A DNA stretch of 64,000 nt, from positions 81,718,001 to 81,782,000 of the forward strand of contig NC_045696.1 in the NCBI RefSeq assembly GCF_009834535.1. Reading direction: 5' to 3'. Source of the DNA: Camelus ferus. Its lineage: Eukaryota. Below, piece by piece: positions 1-13,284 of the stretch. The translations under genes and the position numbers were made by a program. Below the pieces are notes generated by a model, which was not told the origin of the DNA, ran no database searches, and saw only the letters and a list, made by a program, of their open reading frames with translations. The first letter of the stretch is position 1. Each line of letters begins with the position of its first letter.

Positions 1-106
1 AAAAGAAAATCAGAGAGGAGGGTATATATTTATATGTATATATAGTGAGATTTTCATAAAGCATATATGTGCATAAATATGTAAGTTATATATCTATAAT
101 GTACTG

Positions 107-108
<2 letters not shown>

Positions 109-137
<29 letters not shown>
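109..137. repeat. (AC)n microsatellite
   Basis: Uninterrupted acac... tract. Confidence 0.95.
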
Positions 138-138
<1 letters not shown>

Positions 139-537
139 TTTTAAGCAAGAAGGTATCTGGAAAGACAGACAAACCCCTCACTGGTGATGATGACAGCCTC
201 CAGGAAAGAGTGTGGATGGACTGAGGTGCAAGTGAGGTTTACCTTTAACTATACAGCATTTCACAATGCTTAAAATATTCGCCATGGACCTACACTATCT
301 ATTCAAACAGATGATTTAGTCTTTGTTACTGAAGATAGAGAACTGACGGCCAACAAACCGAAATAACTGCATATGGAGTGAATTATGTTAGAGGTTTCAT
401 GAACAGATTTTCTTAAATACTAAAAAATAAAAATTAAAATAAATGCACATGGTATTATTAAGTGCCATCTAAATCGTGTGCTGAGCATTCTGTGAGGCAC
501 CATGGGGCAGGATGCATCAGAGAAGTGTGTCACTGTC

Positions 538-916
538 TGCACTGGTCTGCTCGGGCTGCCATAACAAAATACCACCAGCTGGGTGGTTTAACCAATAGAT
601 TTTCTCACAGTTCTGGAATCTGGAACCAAGATGCCAGCAGGTTTGGTTTCTTCTGAGGCCTTTCTCCTCAGCTTGCAGATGGCTGCCTTCTAGCTGTGTC
701 CTCATGTGGCTTTTCCTCTACGTGTGTCCATCCCTCACATCCCTCCTCACATGTTCTAATCTCCTCTTTCCATAAGGACACAGTCAGATTGGATTAGGGC
801 CCACCTTAACAGCCTCATTTTAATTTTATTACTTCTTTGAAAGGCCTTTTCTCCAAATAAGTGACATTTTGAAGGCTTCAACATATGGATTCAGGGAGAC
901 ATAATTTAGTCCACAG
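538..916 (-). mobile_element. MaLR solo LTR (MLT1A/B/C-like)
   Basis: Typical MLT1 blocks: ggctgccataacaaaatacca, tctcacagttctgga, cagcttgcagatggctgccttc, cagattggattagggcccacc. Confidence 0.85.
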
Positions 917-1619
917 CCCTGTCCTTGAGTTTTCAGTTGAGTCAGTGAGCTAAGCCATAGATGCTTGAAACAATGTTAAAGGCAGCAAATAATTAAATAT
1001 CAAAGTGAATAATAATATAGAAGCTAATGTGGCATGATTTTCTAGAGATTTCCAGACAATCTCCTATTTTTTTAAAAAAATTCAGAACACACGAGGGAGA
1101 AAGCAACAGTTAGTCTTTGCCACTGGTGCTGTGCACAGAGCAAGGGTCTACCTTCCCTGAGTTTGGGAAAACAATTAGTTCACTAAATTATAATACAGTA
1201 GGCATGTTACCAAAGCAACTCACTAATTCAATCAATTTAGTGGAAAAATATTCTCCCTAATGCTATTTGAAATTGTCTAGGCAAGAGAAAATTAGATTGT
1301 CGGAAGGCGTTATTTGTTACCAGTTATTTTATGACAAGAACAGGCAAGTGAGATTCATACATATAAAAATACAAGAACTCCTCCATTCAGGAGGAAGTGT
1401 TATAAATCATCCATGGTAATCAGCTCAGGCAGCAGATACTGAAGTAAGTGCCCCCACGAGATGCTCAGGTCATTTCTGGCCTTGTGATAGGTCAGAGAAG
1501 GGAGTCGGCAAGTCCACCTGATGGAGTGTTCAACTCCGACAGCTGAGCCTCCCAGTTGGTTAAACACTTAGGCGTTACTTTAACACCCCGACCTATCTTC
1601 ATTCTCTGCTTTCTCTTAC

Positions 1620-1900
1620 CCAATGTCTCCTCCTTTTCTTTCTTTCCTACTTTTTGTCTCATTTTGTACACCCTTTTTATAGGTAAAAAAAGCGTATGAC
1701 CCAGAACCACACCAAGGCAACCAGATCCACGTGATATGATGGTGAAACCAGTATGTGACTCGCCACAGACGGGCTCCTACTAATATTCTGCTCAACGTAC
1801 TCTGTAGATACTGCGAGGGTTTGATTAGGCAGTGCATGTAACAGCGCTGTAGGAGCAGTGAGGCCCTCTTCCAATGCTGGCTATTACTACAGTGGAGGAA
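1620..1900 (-). other. Candidate alternative first exon or promoter (minus strand)
   Basis: Repeat-free with retained CpGs; minus-strand donor TGG|GTAAGA after 1620; ATG at 1662 would give MRQKVGKKEKEETL plus a phase-1 intron; CACGTG at 1728-1733. No homology recognised. Confidence 0.25.
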
Positions 1901-4900
1901 TAAACAAAATGGAAAACTGAAACAAAAACCAGGTTCATTGGAGCTGGTCGGCAGGCCAAGCCCACTATAGCCACTGGGTATCCTGAGATTACTAGAGCCA
2001 GAAAGATGCCTTTGTTCCCTCAAATGGTGACACACAGTGAGTGAAACGCTCGCTGATAAATATAGCGGGAGTAAATATACGTTTTGTGGAACAAAGAGAA
2101 TTTTGGTGTCCTCTTGCTTTTTTAAAGTCAGTTCTATATTAGTGTTGACCCTTAGGTTTTCTACAAAATGCCTATGTTGTAGACATCTCAAAAGGATATA
2201 ACATGAGACAGAGTAAAATGATATTTTTGGTGCTCTGAATTCCAGGAACACAAAAAAGAGACCCAAGAAACTCAAGTGCCAATCAGTTCCTCAAAACGAT
2301 CAATCACTTGGGGCAGATTACATAGTGGCTCAAACAGAGTTTAAAAGCAAAACAAACGATGGTGCTGGTGTCCTGCGGGTTGACTACACAGGTCTCCTTT
2401 CCATGGTCACAGGCTAACAGCAGACTCAGTCTGCCCTGCTCTCTGTCCCTGGCAGCAGGGCTGCCCCCTGACTGCTGGTCCCTGTGACAGATGCCAGGGC
2501 AGGTGACTCTTCAGGACAATTCTCCAGGCCATTGACCCAGGCTGGGTTTTCCCTGAAGCACAGAATCCTAGGGGAAAATTCAAAGAGAGGTTGCCAACTC
2601 CATTTTTACAGTTTAAATCCCTGGAGGAAAAATATCACAGGTGTTTGAAAAAAAAAAACAAACCCAGCAACATCAGACCTGTTTTTGGATTAGCTGAGCC
2701 AAGCTCTTCACACAGGTTGTTTTGTTTGTCTGTTTCTTTGCTTCTCCCTGCTGACCTGACTTAACCAGTCAATCTAAGTAGCAAAACTCCATCCTGTCTG
2801 AAGGCTCTGTCCAGTTTTCATTAGAACACCTATTTGTTTCGAATGAGAGGCACTTGGACCACTCCCCTTCCTACAGGGAGGCACCTACATCCAATCTGGG
2901 ATTTCCCAGTTACTCCAGGAGTGAGGAGGAAGCTGGGACTGGAACGCTGGCCCAACATTCCAGCCACTGCCTGTCTACAAGATCGCACCAGCTCCCACTA
3001 AGCCGAGCCAGAGAGAGCATCTGGAAAGCGCCTGGGCAGCACGAAACTCCACACTGTCATCACTTGTTCTTCCCTCCTCTGCTTTAGTGCTTCCAAGGAG
3101 GGGAGGCTGTAAGGAAACTGAGGCATCAGACCTGCTGTACAGCAACATTATATTCACATCTAGGCAGGGCTCCCGTGGGGATGATTGTGCTCTCCTGAAA
3201 CTTTCTCAAGCTTCCACTGGGCAGTTGTAGGAGGAGACAGCCTAGACACAAAGGGGTTGGGAATTGTAGTCCCTGGTTGGGAAGCTCCTTCCTAGACATC
3301 TCTCTACTGTGGAAAGGAAACATCTACCTACAGCTGCCACATCTCCTCATGCCACATGCTGGAGAGGAGGCTCCAAGGGAACCTTTCATGGATACTGGAG
3401 GTGCTCACAAGAAGTGATGCTGTTACCTCACCCTCAGATGTATGCTTGCTGAGCTATGGGATCTAAATCCTGCTCTGACATTGCGTTCCAGGGAGGGCCA
3501 ATGTGTGATGACAGAATTCTTAGGATATCTTGACAGTCAACTGATGGGGAGAGGAGATAACCCTGAATCTAGAGACTGGCACTTGCTTCTTGTCTGGATA
3601 TTTCTAAAGGAAGGTTATCAGAATGAGACAGAACTATAATGTATCATGACATGTAAGGAAATGATCATTGGGACAGCCTCAGCCCAGGCCCCCAGGACTC
3701 TCAGAGGGTGTGGGACAGACCTCGGGGGTTCTGATGACATCATGCAAGGAGCATAGAAACTGCAGCAGGAGGGAGGAGACATATGGTTGTCAAGGCAGCC
3801 ACTGGGCCACGTGAAGTGATGCCCTATCAGGAGAGGAGGGCAAAGACCCAGACCACCAGCCAGACCAAAAAGAGACCCAGTTGTCTCTCACTGAGGGATT
3901 CTTGGTACCAAGGGTGGAATGAGGAGGGAATCAGACAAAATTTGATGCCACTCTCAAAAAATACCTTGAATGGTATTCGTGCAAAACCAGGCCACCAGCA
4001 TCAAACAGAACCATATCAAAACAGGGCTTGTTCAGGGACATCTCCCTGCCACACTCATGTGGCCAGTGATGTAAGATGACCTCTGCCTGCACCATCTCTC
4101 CTTCCAGCCTGCTAATACCCCAGAAGATGGAGACCTAGTAGAGGAGAGGGCAGGATGTGTGCATCTCCCCTCTGCTTCCAAAATCCAGAGGTCACTGCTC
4201 CGGCCTGTGCTGCAGGGAGGAGAGAGGATGAGCTTTAATAGACTTTGAAATTGAACTGGACTTTTCATTAGCAAGAGTGACAAGAAAGTTATGGAATCAG
4301 CTGAAGATGCTGTTAAGAAACAGGAAATGGAGGACTTATCAGAGCATAGTTTAAAGAGGTAATTGCAAAAAATAAAACTGTTATACTCCACTGAGTTGAA
4401 TCTCCTCAATAAATTGTTAAACCCATTTCTGAATCATTACCTGTTTGTATTTGCCTGATTAAGGACTAACTTTCTAATTTCAGGGGTGGAATTAAAAGTA
4501 GGTTCTTTTTTCTTTAAATAGAGACCATTAATTCAGGGAATATAGGCTGGTAAGCACAGGTAAACCTACCCAAACTTTAAATCTGCTTTCTCCAATCTCC
4601 AATCTCAGTCCCAATTTGGGGGATCCCAGAGGAGAGTGGGGTTCTCAGCCAGAGAAGAATAAAGTTTCTTTTCATTGCAAGCAGGATCTCACACTTACAG
4701 ATGGTGAAGAAGGGATGGAGTGGTTCCAACTGCCTGTTATTTTTCTAAGAACACTAGGTCTGCTTCCTCCAGTCAGAGGAAAGGACAGCATGGAAGCTCC
4801 TCTCAGAAGGTGCAACATGGCAGCACAGACAGTGTGTGACCTGAGACCACCCTGGAGAGACTAGGTATAGCCCTGAACCTAACTCAACAAGAGCAGCAAG

Positions 4901-4909
4901 GTCATATCT

Positions 4910-6010
4910 TCACTAATTCGGCAGATGTATACTGAGCACCCCAGTATGTCCGGCAATCTTCTGCTTCACTGTTGGGCTGTGTCAGTGAACAAGCAGAAAA
5001 ATTCTTACCCTTGTAGGGCTAAGATTACAGTGAGGGGAGAAACATAAACAATGATCATATAACATATTTTTTTGAATCAAGTGAGGAAGTAGGCTGTGTA
5101 GTTACCTGGGGGAAGAGCATTTCAGACAGAGGCCCTGAGGGAGGAGCTTGCCTGTTGTTTTGTGGGTTTTGTGACTTTTTTTTGAAGAAGAAGAATGAAA
5201 AGATCAGTGTGACTGGAGTAGGCCTTGAGGGGAGGGGAATTTAGTAGGAGATGTGGTCAGAGAGGTAAAGTGAAGCCCATCACAAAGGACTCTGGCTTGT
5301 ACTCTGAGTGAAACTGGGAGCCATCAGAAAGTTTTGAACAGAGGAGTAGCATGACCTGATGCTGACAAAAGGATCATTCCAGCTACTTCAAGGATTTGAT
5401 GATACATTCTAGGGAGGGAAAGTGTGGGTGTAAGGAAACCCGTTAGAAAGCTATGGCAATAATTCAGTTAAGAGATAGTGGGGACTTAGGGTAGAATAAT
5501 GAGAAATTGGCAGATTTGTGTATATTTTAATGTACAGCTAACATGATTTTCTAACAGATTGTATGTAGGGTATGAGAGAAAGACAGACATCATGAATGAC
5601 TATAAGACTTTCAGCGTGAGTAACTAGAATATGGAGTTGCCAATGATTGAGATGGGAAGCCTGCCAGGGGAGCAGGCTTGAGGGAATATATCAGGAAGTC
5701 AGTTTTGATCATGTTAAATTTAAGATGTCTATTAGATAGCAAGGAAGAGATGTTGAGTTGACAACCAGCCAAATGAGTCTAATATTTAGGAGAAGGTCCA
5801 GGCTGCTGGAGATATAAATTTGGGACTTATGGGAATACGGGTGGGTTTTAAAACCCTGAGACTAGATGAGATCACCAGGGCCAGTCCGTGTAGACAGAGA
5901 AGAGAAGGGGACCAAAGACTGTGCAATGGGACACTGAAATGTTGAGTCAAGGAAAAGAGAAGAAATCAATAAAGGAGATGGAGAAGAAGGGACCAGTGAA
6001 ATGTGAGAAT
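4910..6010 (-). mobile_element. LINE-2 (L2) 3' portion
   Basis: L2 motifs: tactgagcac, gggaagagcatttcagacagagg, tgggagccatcagaaagttttgaacagagg, agttttgatcatgttaaatttaagatgtct, ggagatataaatttggga. Confidence 0.8.
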
Positions 6011-6013
6011 AGC

Positions 6014-6210
6014 CAGTGGTGTGCTGGTAATTATAACTATCAGTTCACCAGGAAAAAAAAATTCCTAATACGTGGTGTTTGCCAGTTTCCATGATGTAAA
6101 TATTCCCACCATGGCCAATTACCAAGGTGACATTAACCACTCATGGAGTTTCTGAAAATTTAAAAATCATCATCTCTCATTAACCAGTATAAGCCAGCTT
6201 CACTGTAACA
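6014..6210. mobile_element. Short non-autonomous hAT-type DNA transposon remnant (ORSL-like)
   Basis: Begins cagtggtgtgctggtaa; internal gatgtaaatattcccaccatggccaatt; degenerate inverted end. Confidence 0.45.
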
Positions 6211-6214
6211 CTTA

Positions 6215-9200
6215 CATGACTGTTATGAACAACTATAAATCAGTATATTTGAAATCCTAGATAAAATGAATAACTTTCTTTCATTATATAAAATATGGCA
6301 AAATTGACACAGAAGAAATAGAAAATTTGTATAAACCAATTGCTATTAAAGAAATTATGATTGCAATCAAAGCTCCCTTTTTCCTCCCCCAAAACATCAT
6401 ACCCAGATGGTTTTGTGTATGAGTTTTACTGAACTTTTGAAGAATAGATAATTACTCTCTAATATAAGGGGTAAAAGTAAAGCTATCAAACTAACTTTAT
6501 TAGGATTGTAGAACCTTCATAATAAAATTGGAAAAGGGCAATATAAGATTTAAAAATTACAGACTGATTTTACTTCTGAACATAGATACAAAATGCAAAA
6601 GAAAATGTTAGTTACCTTATTTTGGGATACCCCAGAAGCAGACCCTAAGATAAGGATTCATGGGCAATGATTTATTTGGAAGGGGACTCAACGAAATACC
6701 AGTAAGTGTGTGAAGTAAGAGGATGAAAGAAAGAAGCAAGTGCATTTTCAAGCAAGTTACTATTATGGGCAACTTGCATTTAATCCATTAGGTTAGCAGG
6801 AACCAATGTAGAACACATGTCTCAGTTTTATCCCTCCCAAGGGGCATGGAAATAGGGTCCTTTATCTTCTCAATTCCATCAGCCATTGGTTGAGGGCTGC
6901 TCCTGGGATAGGAAAACGTGTTAATTCTCTGGTACTTGCAGCCTGACCTGTACAGACAGAGGAGGTTCCAGTGACTAGAGAAAACTCTCAGGCCAAGAAT
7001 CACAGATACTGGTAGTTGGCTCAGCATGCACAGAAGTGGTTCATCCCAAGTGGATATGAGCAGGGCACAAATAGCATCTACTACATTAGCTAACTGAACT
7101 GAATAACATATTACATATAACATTATCATGATCATGAAGGGTTAAACACAGTGATGCAGGGAATATTAGAAAATCTATCAATACCACATTATAGTGCTAC
7201 CTATGAAAACCCACACAAATATCTCAGTGGATGCATAAAAGGCATTCGACAGAGTCCAACACCTATTCATATTTTTTTTAAAGCTTTCAGGAAAAGAACT
7301 TATTTAGCTTCCTTTTGGAGCAGCCTGCATGCATAGATATACATTTCCTCTGCTATTCTTTGCCAACAGATCAGATGCACACGAACAACTTCATATGATA
7401 GTGTCAGGAGGTTATCCATTATTGCCTCGACTCTTAGTATCAAGCAGATTTATAGTGAACTGCTGCCCTTCCTTACAAAGAGTATCTATGATAAGAATGA
7501 AGTACTCTTTAGCCAAGAAAACATTTAGAAACCCTCATCACTCTCCTGTCACACTCAGAGTATGTGCACTCTTTTCTGTATTTGTGGGTTGTATTAACAC
7601 TTAAATTAGAAAAAAGGTCTTTCAAAAAATACCGAGAATCTGGCTGTCCCACCAAATTTATCACTCCCATACTGATATAAGTAGCCTTCATTGTTTACCT
7701 GGTACATAGTCAAAATGACAGGTCAAATCAATAGCAAAAGAACATATTATTTAGAAGATGGCACTGGGAAAAAATATCAATATGTAGAAAAAATTGAGTG
7801 GAATTCCTACTTCTCATGATATTTTTTAAAAAAATGCCTCATGTGGATTAAATACCTAAATATGAAGGTAAATACAAAGAACTAGGCATAAATTTCAAAT
7901 TCTGAGATTGGAAATAGAAAAAGCATGTTTGCTACCATTCCTCCTATTACACATTGTACTGGAAGTGATAGTGCAATGCATAAATAAGTAAATAAGTAAG
8001 TAAGTAAATAAATAAATGTATAAGTTTGGAAAATAAAAGTGAAACTGTTGTTATCTGCCCATGATACAGTAGTGCAGACTTTTAGAATTAATAACTTAAT
8101 TTAGCAAAGTTACTGGATACCAAGTCATTATTTTGAAAATCAGTAGTATTTCTATATATAAGCAAAATAATTAGAAAATATTTCAATTGCCTAGGAATAA
8201 TTTTAACAAAAGATGCTCAAGACCTGTACCAACATTAGTGAAATAAGTAACAGAATATCTAAATAAATGTAAGGCATGTTGTGGATTAGAATACTCCATG
8301 TTGCAAATAAAATGAGCCTCCCCAAAACTGATCTCAGTATTTAATGCAATCCAACTTAAAATTCTAAGTAGAACAAGATGATTCCAAATCTAATAAAGAA
8401 GTGCAAAGTGTCAAGAATAAGCAAAAATCATAAATTATTAAAAAGGAAGTATTTGAATAGATTCAAGACATATGAAGACACAGTTTTTAATAGAACATAG
8501 TATTGATTTGGGGATAGATAAATAGATCAATGAAATACAGAGTCTAGAAACAGACCCCTACACATGTGGATGCTTGGAGTATAACACAGATGACACTGCA
8601 GAGTAGTGAGAAAGAATAATCTTTTCAATGCTGAGTCAATTATTTATTTAAATGTTTTAAAAAATGAAATGACCCCTACTTCACCTTACACAAAAATCAA
8701 TGCCAAATGGATTGAGGATCTATCTGGAGAAAATAAAACATTAAAATTTAATGAAGATAATATAGACTAATATCTTCATAGTATGAGATAGAGAAAGATC
8801 AATTAAACAGATACAAAAAAGCTCTAATAACAAAGGAAGTGATTGAAAAACTTGGACTAAAGTAAAAAAAAACTTCTATTCATCAAGAGATGCCATTAAG
8901 AGAATGAAGAAAACAAGCCACAGAGTGGGAAAAGACATTTTCAATTCATATAATGAAAATGTATTAAGAATTCCCATAAATCAATAAGAAAAAGATAAAC
9001 AACTCAGTAAAAACAAAGTGATCAAGGGACTTGAAGAGACAATTTACAAGAGAAGTTATCTAAATGGTCAATGAATGAAAAGGAGCTCAATTTCATTAGT
9101 AATCAGGAAAATACAAATTAAAACTAAAATAAGATGTTGCCATACATTTACTAGAATGACTAAATTTAAAAAAAACTGATCATGCCTAGTGTTAACAAAA

Positions 9201-9620
9201 ATGTGGAATAACTGGAACTCTCATACACTGCTGGTAGAAATTTAAATCAATATAACCACTTTGAAAAACTCCCTGGCATCATTTACTAATATTGAATATA
9301 TGCATATTCTATGACCCAGGAATTTACTCGAAAGTACATACCCATGAGAAATGCATACATATGTGCACCAAGAGTTATGTCCAAGAACACTCATGCAGTG
9401 TTATTTTCAAACTAGAATCAACTCATGTCCATGAATAAATTAACTGTGATATATTTATATAATGGAATACTATCCAGAAATTAAAATGAACAGAATACTG
9501 CTATACTAAAAATGAATCCCATAAACATAATTTTGAATGAAAGAAGCCTGATACAGAATGTATATTGTATGATTCTATTCCTATAAAGTTCACAAAGAAG
9601 AAAAATGAAATGATATTAGA
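6215..9620 (+). mobile_element. Ancient LINE-1 (L1M-type) ORF2 and 3' UTR fragments, interrupted
   Basis: A-rich degenerate L1 text: aaattgacacagaagaaatagaaaat, agtctagaaacagacccc, cacaaaaatcaatgccaaatggattga, ggaactctcatacactgctggt, aatggaatactat; no intact frame. Confidence 0.8.
6612..7085 (-). mobile_element. ERVL-class solo LTR (LTR16-like) inserted in old L1
   Basis: ccccagaagcagaccctaagataaggatt at left; right end reads tgtagtagatgctatttgtgccc on minus, like the LTR16 start; L1 resumes on both sides. Confidence 0.65.
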
Positions 9621-9629
9621 ATTAAAGGT

Positions 9630-10185
9630 TGTTTTAGCAATGTTTTTTAAAAATTATTTTATATTCCTCCCTTTAAAAGGAGGAGTCTAATTCTCCCCCT
9701 CTTGAGTGTGGGCTGGACTAGGAGATTAGCTTCCAACAAATAGAATAAAGTGAAAATGATGATGTGTGACTTCAGAGACTAGGTCAGAAAAAGTCACTAT
9801 GGCTCTTCCTCCTCTCCCTCTTCTTCCCTCCACCCTGCCCCACTCCAACTCTAGGAAAGTTAGCTAACACATTCTGAGCAGCCTTAGGGTGAGGCTCATT
9901 GGTGAGGGACTGAGGCCTCATACAACAGCCAGTGAAGAACTGAGGACTCCAGTCAATAGTCGTATGAGTGAGCCTTCTGGAAGCGGATCACCCAGTCTTA
10001 GTAAAGTCTTCAGATGACTACAGTCCTTGATTACACCTTGACTACAGTTTCATGAGAGCCTGAGCTCAAACCACCCAGCTAAGCTGCCCCTGGATTCCTG
10101 ATACTCAGAAAATATGAGATAATAGATGTTTATTATTTTAAGTCACTAAGTTTGGGGAAATTTGTTATAGAGAAATATATAACAC
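9630..10185 (+). mobile_element. MaLR solo LTR (MLT1F-like)
   Basis: cttgagtgtgggctggact, gactgaggcctc, cagatgactacagtcc, ccacccagctaagctgcccctggattcctga, tttaagtcactaagtttgggg. Confidence 0.8.
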
Positions 10186-10419
10186 CATTGTTAACTTTAG
10201 GGAAGAAAGAGGGGTTAGTAAAGAAAAGGGAGCAAAAGGGAGACATTCATAATGTTCTACTTGTCTTGAACAATGAATATAGGAATGTTCTCTTTACGAT
10301 AAACCATTGAGCTTACATATGATTTGTACAAATTTTTACACCTATGTTATATTCCAACTATAACACAATCTAATATTTTTGGTAAAATTCAATTATTCTA
10401 TTCAAAAGATTTTTTACAG

Positions 10420-11280
10420 TGTCATTAAAAAGACACGATAGACAAAATTAACAGAGAGGTGACGGTCTGAGAGAAGATGTTTATAATGTTCATGACTAAC
10501 AATAGATTAATATCTAAAATACATAAAGAATTCTGCAATACAAACAGGGAAGTAGTCAAATACTAATAAAAATTCACAGTAAAGGAAACACAATTATTTA
10601 ATAACTATGTAAAGAAATGTTCAACCTCACCAGTAATCAGAGAAACTCAAATACAGCAATAGAAAGATGCCACTTTACATACATAGGATTGGCGAAAAAA
10701 AAAAAAAAGCAGATAATATGAGTGCTGCTAAGGATGTGTGAAAAGAGAACCCTCTTACACTGCTAGTGGAAATGCAAACAAGAGCAGCCATTTTTAAAGC
10801 AGCCAAGCCTACAAAGCATGTGTGTACTTGACAACTGTAATTCCACTCCTGGATGTATAATCACAGAAACTCTCAGACAAGTGTACAAGGAAACATGTAA
10901 ATGAATATTAATTGGTTTGAAATAGTAAAAAGTAAGAGTCAACAACCACCAGAGGATTTCATAAGTAAAATTCAATAGATGCATAAGAAGGAAATCTACG
11001 CAGGTATCTGACAGAATGAACTAGAGCTGCATATTGCAATGAAAATGAAGCTCAAAACATAATTCTGAGCTTTTGAATAAGAAACAAATGAGTTTTCTGA
11101 CAAAATGCCATTTCTGTATATTAAAAAAAACAAAACAATACTATATGTTTTCATTTATATACATATATGTAAATAGACATATGAATAGTAAAATAGAAAA
11201 ATATTCATAAATTAAGCAAGAGTGGGTATCTTTGAGTGATAGAGGAAAGAAGGGTTGGGATTAGAGAAAAAGGGGAGAAA
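10420..11280 (+). mobile_element. Ancient LINE-1 (L1ME-like) 3' region
   Basis: tcaacctcaccagtaatcagagaaa, cttacactgctagtggaaatg, aattccactcctgg, ctcaaaacataattctgag. Confidence 0.65.
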
Positions 11281-11699
11281 ATATTGAAATAAAGTATAAA
11301 AAAAGGAAGGAATTTCTTTGAACCAATGATGATAATAAGGCATGGACTCAGGAGACAGGGAGGTGTGAACTTAGGAATAGGTATAACATACTCAATTCTG
11401 TGCTCCAGAATACAAGAGAAGAAAAAGAAATCCAAGAATGGTGAACTCGTTTTAGACTACTTGAATGGGAAATTAGCTTCAAAGCCATAATGAGTTCATT
11501 CCTGATTGCCCTAGTCTCTGCCATATACCTTACTAGTCGGCTCCTTTCCCAGCAAGAATAAAAGAAATAAAGGTGCTCCAGACCCACCTGCAATGAGACT
11601 ATATTGGATCCTATTTGAAAGGTAGTATCTTCTAATTCTCTACCCACACACTCATCACCAAGAGAAAAAACAAACAAACAAACAAAACCTTACTAGGAA

Positions 11700-11930
11700 T
11701 AGTAATATTTAAGTTTAATAACACAATTTATTAGTCAGGAACTGTGCTGGTACTTTACAAGTGCTATACCTGAAAAGTCTCACTACAATCCCACAAGTTA
11801 AACTCCTTATTCCATTTTATAGATTAGCAAACCAATGTTTAGAGAATTAATTTTCCTAAAATCATAAAGCTGGCAAACAAATAACCTGAGCTTCCAGGTC
11901 TGTCTGGAACTGACTGTGCTGTCTCCACAC
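11700..11930 (-). mobile_element. MIR SINE
   Basis: Core ttattccattttatagattagcaaaccaatgtttagag. Confidence 0.55.
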
Positions 11931-12481
11931 TGCTCTTGAGAAAAGAAACAGATACAAGCCCTTTGGGACAGAAGAATCTAGACATTATCTTACTAAGGGA
12001 TAGAAAGCAGCTCCATATTTAAATGTTGTTGTTTTTTTTTTTAATGTATACCCAGAATTGGTGCATTTATAAAGACAGTCTCGGCCACAACCCTGACAAC
12101 AGCTGCTGGGAAAGTGGGATCAGGAACAGCTGCTGTACTTTGTGTTTCCAGACACCCACCCCACAGCTGCCTACACATAACTATGTCATTTGCTGCATCA
12201 GGACATGGAGGCAGAGAGCACCTCCACTCATTGTGCTTCCCCCACACTAGTGTGCTGAGCCTTCCTTGGAGCCAGTGAATCATAAAATTAGACAATGAAG
12301 GACCTGTGCTCTGTTTCTCAGTGATGACTGCTCACAAACACTTCCTTCTCTATTAGTCAAAACAGAACCTGCCCACATTCTACTTAGCCTGCCGTCTAGG
12401 TAAATATCTTCATTCTCTAATTCCAGTTTTAAAAACTAGCATTGTTTATATGATCTGCTTTACCCACACAGAAATATCTGT

Positions 12482-12502
12482 TTCAGCACCAAGGACAGCA
12501 AC
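12482..12502 (+). promoter_or_regulatory. RE1/NRSE (REST-binding site)
   Basis: TTCAGCACCAAGGACAGCAAC: both half-sites (TCAGCACC, GGACAG) intact with the canonical 2-nt spacer. Confidence 0.85.
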
Positions 12503-12729
12503 CGTTGGTTTACTAGGTTCAAGGGCGGGGGACAGTAGCATTCTAGAACCACACAAAGTTTAAAGAAAATGTCTTCAGCAGGTGAAAGGCACTTAAAAAT
12601 ATTGTCTGGAATAGTGTCGACCATCTCTGCCTAACTGACCCACCCCTACTTTATTTCCAAGTTCATGAAATGAAAGCCATTAACAACTGTTTTATGCAAT
12701 CCCTGATTCTCTAAGGGCTTGCCAATAGC

Positions 12730-12891
12730 ACCTACCCCAGTGAACTGTAATTTTCAGTGTACTTCTCCACCTCCTCCATTAGATAGTAAACTCCTGGAAG
12801 GCAGATATTGTATCTTCTATATTTTTATCCCTAGTAAACAGCATGGCATTTGGTACATAGAGGCCCTATAAGTGGTTGCTTAAATAAATGA
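12730..12891 (+). mobile_element. L2 3' end
   Basis: tagatagtaaactcctggaaggcaga ... tggtacatagagg ... taaataaatga. Confidence 0.7.
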
Positions 12892-13079
12892 GATCTAGAG
12901 CCTGATGATGAGTCTAAGTGAAAATCTAGAGGAAGCACAGGTTTTAAAACTAAAATCAAGGACTAAATACCACTACCACTTCTTTGGTCTTCTTTGGCTT
13001 CCTCCCTAACCCCAAGCCTTCCCCACCTCATTCACTTAGGCCACAATCTTAAACTGAAAGAAGAAACATAAAACAATCC

Positions 13080-13152
13080 TTTTTTTAAGTTGAAGTATAG
13101 TCCATTTACAATGTTGTGTTATCTTCTGGTGCATAGCATAGTGATTCAGTTA

Positions 13153-13200
<48 letters not shown>

Positions 13201-13284
13201 CTTTTCATATTCTTTTTCACTATAGGCTATTACAAGGTATTGAATATAGTTCCCTGTGCTATACAGTAGGACCTTGTTGTTTAT
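13080..13284 (-). mobile_element. 5'-truncated lineage-specific L1 3' end with internal (TA)n (about 13151-13198)
   Basis: T-tract then gttgaagtatagtc...gaatatagttccctgtgctatacagtagg; reverse complement of the copies at 43104 and 48275. Confidence 0.85.

Noticed and set aside
1616..2275. Longest ORF in the track (219 aa, minus)
   Set aside because: Non-ATG start, no recognisable domain and composition typical of chance ORFs. Only its end near the donor is kept as a hypothesis.
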